64,000 nt of DNA from NCBI GenBank assembly GCA_016187335.1, contig JACPJW010000001.1, positions 671,159-735,158 of the forward strand, in the 5' to 3' direction. The notes beneath the pieces are model-generated. The model was given only the letters and a program-made list of their open reading frames with translations. It was not told the origin of the DNA and did no database searches. The DNA is from Candidatus Aenigmatarchaeota archaeon. GTDB lineage: Archaea; Aenigmatarchaeota; Aenigmatarchaeia; GW2011-AR5. Shown here piece after piece: positions 16,810 through 26,330 of this stretch. The translations under genes were made by a program, and so were the position numbers. The stretch's first letter is position 1, and every line of letters starts with the position of its first letter.

Positions 16810-18180
16810 TCACTCCGCAAGTCTTGATACAAGCTTTTTTGTATTCTCTATGTCCTTTTCAATGTTTCGCGATATTCTGAGCGCAATATCTGCTGCTGCT
16901 TTGTTTGGCAAAGATTCTTTATAACCTATTTTTCTTGCTTCAGAAATTATCTCATCCGACACGGTTTTTTTCTTCTGGACCATTTCTTTAAGCGGCTTAA
17001 GGAATTTTTTTCTGTCAGAAGGCAATATCTTGGAAGCCAGTTTCAGGAAGCGCGAACAGCAAAGCCTTAAATCAGGGCTTTCCATCCCGTAAAGCGCTGA
17101 ATCGCGCTGCAGCACGTTGTAAACGTAGCTGTAAGGCGGTATGAATATTCTGTCGCCTTCCATTTTGAACGGCTCGCGTATCGCAATGTCGCTGTCAACA
17201 ACATTCACATAATCTTCATGGATTGATTTCAAAATGAACTTCATTGTTACAGCCAGCGACGCCAGAACTTCAAACCTGTTCATGTCCATGCCGCGCATCT
17301 CAAAAGTGCCGTTAGGGTTTATCTTCACAGGCGACCAGTTAGTGTCAAGAACAGAACCGTAGAGGGCTAGTGTTTTGATGTTAATTCCCAGCTTCTTGAT
17401 AAGCAGCGACCATTCCCTGAATCTGTCATCTATCAAGTGCATTATGTCAAGAAGCGTGTGATGATAAGGCGGCAGCCCGCCGAAATCGTGGAAATCAGAG
17501 TACAAGCCGTCAACGCCAAAAATCCTGCTGCCTCTGTAAAACATCAGCCGCGAATCCTTGCCGTAAAGCCTTCCCTCATAATAAGGCGAAGACTGGGCGA
17601 ATGTCGTGAACACGGGATCCATCGCAACAAGCATGTTGTAGCTTCCGACCATTGTCTGGCTTATCCTGGATTTAATGAAAATTTTCAGATGCTTGCTGAT
17701 GTAATCAAACATGCCCCTCGGCAAGGTATAGTGGCAATGGAAGCCGATGCAACGGCCGGCAATCTTGAATCTTTCTTTTCCGAATATCTTCTCCTTTATT
17801 CCGTAGCCTCCTTTCTTTCTCATTGAAGGGCTGAATTTTCCCGGATATGTTCCGTAGAAGTAAGGCATGTAACCCATTTTTTCCATGGCGTCAAGAAGCT
17901 GCTGGGTTCTTTCAAGCATATCGTGCATTGTGCCAGTTATTGTCCGGGAAGGAAACGTATCGATTTCAATCATGTTATTGGCGCATTCTTTCTTCGCGTT
18001 GCCCGGAATTTTTTCTAGGATTTTGTCTGCAGAATGCGAAACATTGCCATCGCTGTCAATTATCATGAACTCTGCTTCAAGCCCTATCATATGATGTTTC
18101 AATGAGCGTTTCCGCATTCCCAAGATTTTTCTTAGGTCCTCGGCTATTTCTTCTGCTATGTTAGGATTTTTTTCTTTCAT
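16810..18180 (-). CDS. Glutamate-cysteine ligase family 2 (YbdK-like carboxylate-amine ligase)
   Basis: IGLEAEFMIID near the N-terminus and the overall size fit the GCS2 family. Confidence 0.6.
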   Translation of the reverse strand: MKEKNPNIAEEIAEDLRKILGMRKRSLKHHMIGLEAEFMIIDSDGNVSHSADKILEKIPGNAKKECANNMIEIDTFPSRTITGTMHDMLERTQQLLDAMEKMGYMPYFYGTYPGKFSPSMRKKGGYGIKEKIFGKERFKIAGRCIGFHCHYTLPRGMFDYISKHLKIFIKSRISQTMVGSYNMLVAMDPVFTTFAQSSPYYEGRLYGKDSRLMFYRGSRIFGVDGLYSDFHDFGGLPPYHHTLLDIMHLIDDRFREWSLLIKKLGINIKTLALYGSVLDTNWSPVKINPNGTFEMRGMDMNRFEVLASLAVTMKFILKSIHEDYVNVVDSDIAIREPFKMEGDRIFIPPYSYVYNVLQRDSALYGMESPDLRLCCSRFLKLASKILPSDRKKFLKPLKEMVQKKKTVSDEIISEARKIGYKESLPNKAAADIALRISRNIEKDIENTKKLVSRLAE

Positions 18181-18241
18181 TGATATTCCCGAATAGAATT
18201 AGATTTCATTTATTTTAAAGAGTTAAAAGAATAATTCAGCG

Positions 18242-19489
18242 TTAAGCAATCACGCCGTAGCCGATCAAATGCCATCTTCCGCCGACCTGGGCGGCTATGG
18301 CGACCTTGTCGCCTTTATCCGCGCACACGGGCAGTTTTAGTTTGAGCTGTACAGTTTTACCGCCTGCTGACGTGACTGCGCCCACGGTCTTCGCTATCGC
18401 AACTGTTATCAGCAGGGCATCGCCTGTCTTCGGCGGCGAAACCTTTTGCTGGCCTTCCACCCCGATGACGTAGCTGAAAAGTTCCACGTTCAGCTTTATT
18501 TCCTCGTGCACAGGCGGAAGTTTTTCGGGCAGGCCGATGATGTTTCCGACAATGCCGTCGCCCCTCGTTATCGCAGGATCCAGTTCTGTTTGAAGCGCTA
18601 CGAGGCCGCCGGGCTTCGCTTCCTGCAGCTGCTGGCCGGATTCCACAATCTCGGTTATCTTTGTCCTCATCGGAGTCCATTTTCCGCTCACCTGCACGCC
18701 GGGCCGGATCTCGATTTCCTGGTTCACGCGAAGCACACCTTCCGTAAGCGACCCGCCTGCGACGCCGCCTTCTAATTGCTCAATATCGGTTCCGGGCTTG
18801 TTCACATCAAAGCTGCGCGCGACGTAGAACCTGGGATCATCACCGAGATTTCTTTCCGGCGTGGGCATAAACTGCTCAATTGCGTCTATGAGCGCGTCTA
18901 TGTTTGCGTTGTTTATGGCGCTTACGGGAATCACGGGCGCGTTCTCGGCCACGGTGCCCTTGACGAATTTCTTTATTTCCTCATAGCTTTCGAGCGCCCG
19001 CTCCTCGCTGACAAGGTCAACCTTGTTCTGGACAATGATTATCTTTCTTATGCCCACAATGTCCAGGGCTTTCAGGTGCTCCGCTGTCTGCGGCTGCGGG
19101 CATTTTTCGTTGGCGGCTATTACAAGCAGCGCCCCGTCCATGAGCGCAGCGCCGCTCAGTACCGTTGCCATCAGTGTTTCGTGCCCCGGGGCATCGACAA
19201 AAGAAACAGCCCTTTTCGGCTCGGCGCTTTCAAAGCAGGAAGAGCATTTTGGAGCATTGCTGTACTTCATGCATTTATTGCAGTAATAGAAAACGGCGTC
19301 GGCGTAGCCCAGTCTTATAGTAATGCCGCGCTTGATTTCTTCGCTGTGGGTGTCGGTCCACTTTCCCGTTATCGCCTGGTTTAATGTGGTTTTTCCGTGG
19401 TCGACGTGGCCGACTATTCCTATGTTTACCTCGGGAATCAGGTCTTTCTTTTCTTTCATTTCAGTTTTTGTTTGTGCGAAATCAATCAC
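18242..19489 (-). CDS. eif2g: Translation initiation factor aIF2 gamma subunit
   Basis: GHVDHGKTTL G1 motif, Cys4 zinc knuckle (CNKCMKYSNAPKCSSC), DAPGHE, NKVD. Confidence 0.9.
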   Translation of the reverse strand: MIDFAQTKTEMKEKKDLIPEVNIGIVGHVDHGKTTLNQAITGKWTDTHSEEIKRGITIRLGYADAVFYYCNKCMKYSNAPKCSSCFESAEPKRAVSFVDAPGHETLMATVLSGAALMDGALLVIAANEKCPQPQTAEHLKALDIVGIRKIIIVQNKVDLVSEERALESYEEIKKFVKGTVAENAPVIPVSAINNANIDALIDAIEQFMPTPERNLGDDPRFYVARSFDVNKPGTDIEQLEGGVAGGSLTEGVLRVNQEIEIRPGVQVSGKWTPMRTKITEIVESGQQLQEAKPGGLVALQTELDPAITRGDGIVGNIIGLPEKLPPVHEEIKLNVELFSYVIGVEGQQKVSPPKTGDALLITVAIAKTVGAVTSAGGKTVQLKLKLPVCADKGDKVAIAAQVGGRWHLIGYGVIA

Positions 19490-19553
19490 CCTTTTTGATG
19501 CTCAGAAAGCAAAGCTTTCTGGCATTGCCAAAATCCTTTGGATTTTGCGCAAT

Positions 19554-19575
19554 GAAACTTTTTTGAAAGGTTTCC
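19554..19575. repeat. Member of the GAAACTTTT/AAAAGTTTC hairpin family
   Basis: GAAACTTTTTTGAAAGGTTTC lies between rps6e and eif2g. A second hairpin, CAGAAAGCAAGCTTTCTG-type, lies at 19503-19521. Confidence 0.5.
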
Positions 19576-19628
19576 AGGTCGGAAGCAATTGTTCGTCTTT
19601 GAATAGACGGATGAATTTTTCCATTTCC

Positions 19629-20042
19629 TTATTGCCCTGCAGGCGCTTCCGGTTTTTCTTCTTTCTTTTCTTTTGTTCCCAGAATTTCTCCCACAGGCTT
19701 GTCGCCGTGCTTGCTGACCTTGCAGTTTATCTGCGCGGTATCGGGGCTTATCGTGTTGCCGCGCAATAATTTCCTCTTGCGCACGCCTTCCTTTTCTGAA
19801 GCAAAAGCGAAGCCTTTCGTGATTATTATTTTCTTTCTTACGGCGCCTTCCACGTCTTTCTTCATCGGGAACCCCTCTTTGTCAGAGCCGCCTGTTATAT
19901 GCAGTTCGTAGCCCTGAAGGCCCAGGAATTCCGCGTCAAATGCGTCGCCTATTTTCTTCCCCATTACAGGGCAGTCCTTCTGGTCTTTCTCTACCTGCCA
20001 CGAGCGGTTTTTATCACTGACCACGAACTTGAAATTTGGCAT
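19629..20042 (-). CDS. rps6e: 30S ribosomal protein S6e
   Basis: FKFVVSD...GYELHITGGSDKEGFPM is the S6e signature. Confidence 0.85.
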   Translation of the reverse strand: MPNFKFVVSDKNRSWQVEKDQKDCPVMGKKIGDAFDAEFLGLQGYELHITGGSDKEGFPMKKDVEGAVRKKIIITKGFAFASEKEGVRKRKLLRGNTISPDTAQINCKVSKHGDKPVGEILGTKEKKEEKPEAPAGQ

Positions 20043-20227
20043 TTTAACACCTCAAAGTCGAACAGATTTTCAAAGCCGGAAAATCTGAAAGGGAAGAATT
20101 AAGACGGAGCAGAAAACTTCTAATTCCGGTTACTTTCCGCTTTAACTTATCCCAGTTTTTCCAGCCGGGTTTATCAACGAAAATAATTGATAGGAAAATT
20201 TAAAAAGACAAGTAATTGAATTGTTGT

Positions 20228-20893
20228 ATGAAAACCCCGGATTATGTCGGCAAAGACAGGGAAGAATTTTTGAAACGAATGCTTGGAACAGGGCCTTATT
20301 CAATAAATTTTTTAGTCTATGAGATAATTGTTCTCCCGCAGGTTTTTCTTCCAAGCACGCCTTCTGAATTGATGGCAAAATTTATACAAGTCAAGAAAGG
20401 AGACAGAATAATTGATGTAGGAACCGGTACAGGTATTTTAGCTTTGATTGCCGGGCTGCAAGGCGGAGCGGGTTATGCTACTGACATAAATCCCGATGCC
20501 GTAAAGAATGCCGGCATGAATCTGGATAAATACGGCATTTCTGGCATCCAGACCGCTGAAAGCGACTTGTTTTCAAATGTCCCAAAAGAAACGTTTGACT
20601 TGATAATTTTTAACAGACCGTTTTGGGACAGTTATGATGACAAAAGAATGCAGCATACAGTCGAATTGGGATTTTCAGATCCTACAGGAAAAGTGTTGCC
20701 TGAATTTTTGGACCAGTCAAAAGAACGCCTTAACACAAACGGGAAAATACTTGTCAGCGCAGCCGAGTGGGAAGATTTGCCGCAGGTAGAAAAAATGTTT
20801 CAAGAATTTGGTTATGCGTATACGATGCTTGGCAAGATGGCTAGTAAAAGAGACGAAAGAAGAGTTTACAGAGCTTATGAGTTGACTAGATAA
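20228..20893 (+). CDS. Class I SAM-dependent methyltransferase (HemK/Mtq2-like)
   Basis: Motif I DVGTGTGILAL; IIFNRPF sits in the position of the NPPY motif. Confidence 0.55.
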   Translation: MKTPDYVGKDREEFLKRMLGTGPYSINFLVYEIIVLPQVFLPSTPSELMAKFIQVKKGDRIIDVGTGTGILALIAGLQGGAGYATDINPDAVKNAGMNLDKYGISGIQTAESDLFSNVPKETFDLIIFNRPFWDSYDDKRMQHTVELGFSDPTGKVLPEFLDQSKERLNTNGKILVSAAEWEDLPQVEKMFQEFGYAYTMLGKMASKRDERRVYRAYELTR

Positions 20894-20904
20894 TTTGTTA
20901 TTTA

Positions 20905-20953
20905 ATATGTTCTTTTTCCGTAGACACTTTTTCTTGGAAGAAAAAGGGTCTAC
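20905..20953 (-). repeat. Intergenic copy of the tRNA-intron-like element
   Basis: Minus-strand TAGACCCTTTTTCTTCCAAGAAAAAGTGTCTACGGAAAAAGAACATAT aligns with intron segments at 46482-46532, 52198-52245 and 45635-45682. Confidence 0.6.
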
Positions 20954-21690
20954 ATTGACCCGCCTGAAACAACGAGCACCTGTCCCGTGACGTAGGAGTT
21001 GTCGTCTGAAGCAAAGAACAGGGCGGCCTTTGCGATGTCTTCTGGTTTTGCCAGTCTTTTGAGAGGAATATTTTCAGTGTATTTTTTTATGAGATCGGGC
21101 GATGCTGACCCCATCATGTCGGTGTCAACAGGTCCCGGAGCTATGGCGTTCACCGTGATGTTGTGCTCGGCAAGCTCGCGGCTCCAGATGCGCGTAAGCG
21201 CCGCTACGCCAGCCTTGCTGGCGGCGTATACGGCTGATGATGAACGGGTTGAGAAAGCCGCAACAGAGGAAATGTTTACAATCCTGCCGTATTTCCGCTT
21301 CATCATGTGGGGGACAACGGCCTTTGCGCAGTAAAAAACGCCCCTCAGATTTGTGTTTATCGTCTCGTCCCATGTTTTGTCGTCTGTGTTGAGCAAAGAG
21401 CCGCGCACAAGCACGCCGGCGTTGTTCACAAGAATGTCTATTCTTCCTAACTTTTCAATTACCGCAGCAATCGTCCTGCTTACTTCTTTCTTGCTTTTGA
21501 CGTCGCATTTTATTGCAATGCACTTCCTGCCCGACTTTTCTATTTCCCTTTTCACTTTTTCAGCAAGCTCTCTGTTCTTGTTGTAAGTTATCGCGACGTC
21601 AGAGCCTTCCTTCGCGAATTCCACGGCAATGGCTGCTCCGATGCCGCGGCTACCGCCTGTTACCAGCGCGACCCTGTTTTTCAGGCGCAT
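20950..21690 (-). CDS. Short-chain dehydrogenase/reductase (FabG-like)
   Basis: TGGSRGIG, NNAG, YAASKAG motifs. Start placed at Met31 (MRLKNRVALVTGG). Confidence 0.8.
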   Translation of the reverse strand: MRLKNRVALVTGGSRGIGAAIAVEFAKEGSDVAITYNKNRELAEKVKREIEKSGRKCIAIKCDVKSKKEVSRTIAAVIEKLGRIDILVNNAGVLVRGSLLNTDDKTWDETINTNLRGVFYCAKAVVPHMMKRKYGRIVNISSVAAFSTRSSSAVYAASKAGVAALTRIWSRELAEHNITVNAIAPGPVDTDMMGSASPDLIKKYTENIPLKRLAKPEDIAKAALFFASDDNSYVTGQVLVVSGGSM

Positions 21691-21730
21691 AGCTGTAACT
21701 TTGAAATAAAATTTATAAAAATGACTAGAA

Positions 21731-22279
21731 TCAGCGATATACCTCTTCAAGAAGGAAAACTTCAGGGCCCGGTATGACATCTTCGTGTGCTTTGAGCCAA
21801 ACTAACGGAAATCTTTCTCTTCCGGCATCCCGCTCCAAAAATTTTTCTTTCCATTCAGGGTTCAATGCAGTCTGGAGGCCAAGTCCCTGCCCCTGATAGC
21901 CGAAACGGGCAGCTTCCAGAGGATCGCCTTTAAGCGCATGAAGCAATTCGAGGAAATCAGGCTTTGGTATTTCTACCACGCGTCTGGAAGTTGGGTCATA
22001 TATTGAAACTATTCTAATTCCCGGATATGCCTCTAAACTTTTTCTGTCAGCAGCTAAAGCCATAGGGTCGATTCTTCTTAACTGCTCTAATGGCGTATTA
22101 GCCCCTTCTCCAAGGATTTCGCCACGTTCGTAAGCATCTCTTCTGGCGGCTGCAACAGCCTGTCTGAGACTTGCCTGAAAAATTTCGGGTTCTCTGGTTG
22201 GTTTCACTATACCCCTGTAGACATTTGAAGGCAGTCTTCCACGAAATTCATAAAGAGGTTGGCCAAACATAATATTCAC
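21731..22279 (-). CDS. Hypothetical protein
   Basis: ORF only. Confidence 0.3.
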   Translation of the reverse strand: MNIMFGQPLYEFRGRLPSNVYRGIVKPTREPEIFQASLRQAVAAARRDAYERGEILGEGANTPLEQLRRIDPMALAADRKSLEAYPGIRIVSIYDPTSRRVVEIPKPDFLELLHALKGDPLEAARFGYQGQGLGLQTALNPEWKEKFLERDAGRERFPLVWLKAHEDVIPGPEVFLLEEVYR

Positions 22280-22365
22280 TACTTATTAGTGATAATATAT
22301 TATTTAAGCTTTATGTTAGGAAAAAATATATTTTGCAGCATATAAATTAAACCTTTCAGCAGATT

Positions 22366-22812
22366 TCAGGCGAACCCCACGACAAACCCCATAAGCATAT
22401 AGGTCGTGACGAAATTGAGCGCAACGAACAGGATGTATCCCGGGCCGATGGAGCGGTAAGCCAGAAGAGCGATTGAAAAGGAAATGAGGTGGTAGAAAAT
22501 CATGGCAAAGACGGCCGCCGTAACGAGCGGAAGCCCGCTGAGCATTGCCGAAACAGCGCCCGCAGCGGCGTTCAGCGGCATGACGTAAGGCGCGTGCGCA
22601 GCCCACCTGATGTTTATCACGTAAAACGCCGCGGCGATCAAAGCGCCGTACAGCATTCCTGACTTCACGCCGTAGAAATATCCTGAAAGGACGGAGCAGA
22701 ACAGCAATGCATCAATGCCTGTGCGCAGCCGGCCGGCATACCTGAGGACAATCTTTGCCGCTATATTAAATGCAAGGGCGATAAGAAATATAATCAAGGC
22801 GGACGGCGGCAT
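22366..22812 (-). CDS. Small integral membrane protein
   Basis: About 5 hydrophobic helices. Start uncertain (the ORF track start at 22857 overlaps infB). Confidence 0.35.
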   Translation of the reverse strand: MPPSALIIFLIALAFNIAAKIVLRYAGRLRTGIDALLFCSVLSGYFYGVKSGMLYGALIAAAFYVINIRWAAHAPYVMPLNAAAGAVSAMLSGLPLVTAAVFAMIFYHLISFSIALLAYRSIGPGYILFVALNFVTTYMLMGFVVGFA

Positions 22813-22841
22813 TAAGAAGAATTGGGAAGAAAGGTTAAAAA

Positions 22842-24602
22842 CTAGAACAATCCCCACCGCGGGTCCTGCTTTTTCTTTATTCCCCCGATTTCTTCCAGGA
22901 CAGCCAGCTCGTTTTCAGGAAGCAGCTGCTCATGCTGTTTCAGCTTCTTGTATTCCTCGCTGCTGACTTCCGTGTACAAAACGTCGCTTTCATCTATGTG
23001 CCTGCCGACTGTCGGGCCGACAATGGAAACGGCAATCTTGTCGCTTATTTTTGCCTCTTCCACGTTCTGGCCCTGCGACTGTATCTGCTTGACCTCGCCG
23101 ACAACGCCGCGGCCTTCCTTGAACAGTTTGTAGCCCGGCTTCACAAGGCCTCCCAAGACCTCGCATCCCACTATGGCGGGGTTGCTCGCCCTGAATATAC
23201 AGCCCGGCAATATTTTTATTTTTCCCGCCCTTGTTATGCCCTCTATTTCTTTTTTCTTTATTTCCGCTTTCTCTTTCTCCACCCACGCTTCGTATTCTTC
23301 CTTGAGCCTGTATATGATGTCCGACTCTATGATTTTGATGCCCCTGTCCTTTGCGTAATTCCGCGCGTCGTCAGAAGTTGAAACGTTGAAGCCGACGACA
23401 ACCCTGTGAAAAATGTCTGCATTCGCTTCCGCGTCAATGATTTCGTATTTCGTTACCTGCCCGATCGTGGCTGAGCGTATCTGATAGCTGCTGAACAGGT
23501 TTATCAGCGCTTCCAGGCTGCCCACGGTGTCCGCCTTGAGAATCAGCCCGCCGTTTTCGCTCCTCAGCTCTATTTCCTCCTTTTCCTTTTCCATTTCATC
23601 CAGAAGCTTTTCCGCTTCCTCGAATGTTTTTGCCGTTTTTACCGGCGAGCCCGCTATCACCTTGTCAAGTCCCGGCGCGGATATGCGGACGCCCGCGGCA
23701 GCATTGACAGAATCGACATTGTGGAATTTTTTCTCCGTCCTTATGTCCCTGAGCGGATCGGGCAGCAGCAGGGAGCGTATCTTTGCGATCATCGGGAATT
23801 TCCCGCCGACAACAAGAAAATCGTTCCTGCTTGCGGAGCCGCTGTAGATTATCGCGTCAAGGACCGTCCCCAGGCCGACAACTTCCTTCACTTCTAGGAC
23901 CATCCCTTCGCTTTTGTCTTCAGCAGTTAATTGCTCCTTCAGGAACTGCTGTGAAAGCCCTATAAGCACAACCAAAAGCTCTGCGATGCCTTCGCCTGTC
24001 TTTGCGCTGAGCGGCACCGCTGCAACGGTGCTGCGAAAATCCGTCACGCGATCGAACCTGTCCGCGGAGAACCCGTGATTGGAAAGCTGCATTATGATTT
24101 TGTAAAAACTTTCTTCAAAGAGCTGTTTCACAAAGTCCGTCTGCTGCGGGTAGTTGTCAAGAAAGCATTGCTCATGCGCAGTCCATCCCTGAAGCCTGTC
24201 TATCTTGTTGACGGCGACGACAAAAGGCGTTTTTGTTTCCTTCAGGATGTCAATGCTTTCTTCCGTCTGGGGCATGATGCCCTCGACAATGTCTACGACA
24301 AGAACAGCTATGTCAGCTATCGTTCCGCCCCTTTTTCGCAATGTGGTGAAAGCCTCGTGGCCCGGCGTGTCAATGAACAGCAAGCCGGGAACGTTTACGT
24401 CGAAGCGGAACTTTTCAAGAAGCGAGCCGCATATGTTTTTTATGGAATCAGTAGGTATTTCCGTGGTGCCTATTGCCTGCGTTATGCCCCCGGCCTCCTT
24501 TGATGCTATCGCCGTCTGCCTTACTTTGTCTAACAAGCTTGTCTTTCCGTGGTCTACGTGACCCAGAACAGCAACGATGGGCTGGCGCAGCATGATTATC
24601 AA
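22842..24602 (-). CDS. infB: Translation initiation factor aIF5B (IF-2)
   Basis: GHVDHGKTSLLD, DTPGHEAF, NKID; about 590 aa, typical of aIF5B. Confidence 0.9.
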   Translation of the reverse strand: MIIMLRQPIVAVLGHVDHGKTSLLDKVRQTAIASKEAGGITQAIGTTEIPTDSIKNICGSLLEKFRFDVNVPGLLFIDTPGHEAFTTLRKRGGTIADIAVLVVDIVEGIMPQTEESIDILKETKTPFVVAVNKIDRLQGWTAHEQCFLDNYPQQTDFVKQLFEESFYKIIMQLSNHGFSADRFDRVTDFRSTVAAVPLSAKTGEGIAELLVVLIGLSQQFLKEQLTAEDKSEGMVLEVKEVVGLGTVLDAIIYSGSASRNDFLVVGGKFPMIAKIRSLLLPDPLRDIRTEKKFHNVDSVNAAAGVRISAPGLDKVIAGSPVKTAKTFEEAEKLLDEMEKEKEEIELRSENGGLILKADTVGSLEALINLFSSYQIRSATIGQVTKYEIIDAEANADIFHRVVVGFNVSTSDDARNYAKDRGIKIIESDIIYRLKEEYEAWVEKEKAEIKKKEIEGITRAGKIKILPGCIFRASNPAIVGCEVLGGLVKPGYKLFKEGRGVVGEVKQIQSQGQNVEEAKISDKIAVSIVGPTVGRHIDESDVLYTEVSSEEYKKLKQHEQLLPENELAVLEEIGGIKKKQDPRWGLF

Positions 24603-24659
24603 CCCTGAATCGGAAATGCAGTCCTTCCAATATGCAGGACGGACTTTTCCTTTCCATTT

Positions 24660-25451
24660 TTGTCAAATTCATATCCTGCTTTTTCATTAGCGTTCAAGCT
24701 TAAAAAAGATAAGAAAAGAATTTATTTCGTGGCAAGCGTTTACAGGGTAGAGGCAGAAATAGATAAAAATATCAAGACAAAGGAAGACATGATAAAATTT
24801 TTTAAGAAAATACTTCAATTAAAGGAATTTGTTGAAGAATCTAATTTTGAATGTTTCGAAGATGATGATACCATTTCTGTTGATGGTAGTATAGTATTAA
24901 GTAAGAACAAATTCGGCTCTCTATATAAATCGGCTTCTGAGATTAAATGGGGTCATAATGCTGAATTTTATCAAGATTCGGCAAAAAAATACAGAATGAA
25001 TTTTTCTGTAACTAAATGGAAAGAGTGGGGAGTAATCAGAATAGTTTTGGAGGATATATCGTCTGAATTTTATCACAAACACTCGTTCAGAACAGTATTC
25101 TTTGGGAAAATGATTATCGGATGGTACTCGAACAGAGAGAAAAGATTTTTATTTAAAATTCCATATTATTATTTAGTTCTTAATTTACCGCAGCCGAGTT
25201 TTTTGAAAAATACGAAAGAAATAAGATTGCCTTTCATATCGATAAATTTTGATATTTTTGACAGAATAAACAAATATGTAGAAGAAAATAATAGAGTATT
25301 CGTAGAGTTTATTAAAAAATTTGTAGAACTCTACAATGTGGATACATGTGTAGGAAAAGACTACAGCACCGTATCTATGGAGGGTGCTATAATTTTTGAT
25401 TACTCCAAAAAGAACGGGTTCGTAGTTCACGATCATACGCTACTATTTTAA
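24660..25451 (+). CDS. AT-rich orphan protein
   Basis: Long ORF in a markedly AT-rich segment; no family recognised. Confidence 0.35.
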   Translation: MSNSYPAFSLAFKLKKDKKRIYFVASVYRVEAEIDKNIKTKEDMIKFFKKILQLKEFVEESNFECFEDDDTISVDGSIVLSKNKFGSLYKSASEIKWGHNAEFYQDSAKKYRMNFSVTKWKEWGVIRIVLEDISSEFYHKHSFRTVFFGKMIIGWYSNREKRFLFKIPYYYLVLNLPQPSFLKNTKEIRLPFISINFDIFDRINKYVEENNRVFVEFIKKFVELYNVDTCVGKDYSTVSMEGAIIFDYSKKNGFVVHDHTLLF

Positions 25452-25501
25452 ATTAGAATTATACTTCATACATAAAAATGAACAGTAACGGATTCGATTC
25501 C

Positions 25502-26017
25502 TCAAACGGAAACTTCCCCGATTTCCCAGGGGAATACTATCCAGTCTTCAGCTTCTAACGCATAGTAGTCCGGAACGAATGCTGAATGCGGCTTCATCAG
25601 CAGTGACGCGGTTTTTATGCTCCATTCGCCGTGGCCGAGCAGGTCCGGCAGGGCTTTCAGCACTTCCCTGAACGTCGTTCCCGTGTCTGCGATGTCATCG
25701 ACAAGGAGAATGTTGAGGTCCGTGTGCCTCGGGACAAAGCCCGACAGCACCTTCTCCACGAGGCATTCCTTCCTTTTGTTGCCGTTTTTCTCGTAATAGT
25801 GTGCAGAAATAACGCCCATCACCTTCACGCCGAGCATTTCCTTAAGCAGCTTTCCCGGCACGAGCCCGCCGCTCGCTATGGAAATTACAACGTCGGGCCT
25901 GAAATCCTTCTTTATCGTTCTCGCCAGGTTCTCGGACATTTCGTGGACTTCATTCCATGAAACCATCCGCTCTCCAATCTTAGACGGCGCAACTGCCCTG
26001 AGGATTTCTTCATTCAT
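25502..26017 (-). CDS. Purine phosphoribosyltransferase (type I PRTase)
   Basis: PRPP-binding motif ILLVDDIADTGTT. Confidence 0.7.
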   Translation of the reverse strand: MNEEILRAVAPSKIGERMVSWNEVHEMSENLARTIKKDFRPDVVISIASGGLVPGKLLKEMLGVKVMGVISAHYYEKNGNKRKECLVEKVLSGFVPRHTDLNILLVDDIADTGTTFREVLKALPDLLGHGEWSIKTASLLMKPHSAFVPDYYALEAEDWIVFPWEIGEVSV

Positions 26018-26330
26018 TTTTCACACCAGATTCTTATGCAGGCAGCAGAAAGTTTGTAATACTTCTTCATATATGCTCCCTTCTTTAAATATCTTATCAT
26101 ACTTTTTCATACGAAAAATTTTCAAGTAACAATGGAAAGGTAGTTACACTAAAACCAAAAAACAGCGGCATACTTTACTTTCACCGAACTTTAATCTTTA
26201 ATAATTGTCTGTACTAATAATTCTTGAGTGAATATTATGAAAAAAGGCGGAAATAGAAAGATTCCCAGACCAAAGCCGTTTGGCGGCATGAATCCGACAG
26301 AATTCTTTAGGAAAATAAGGGATGAAAAGT

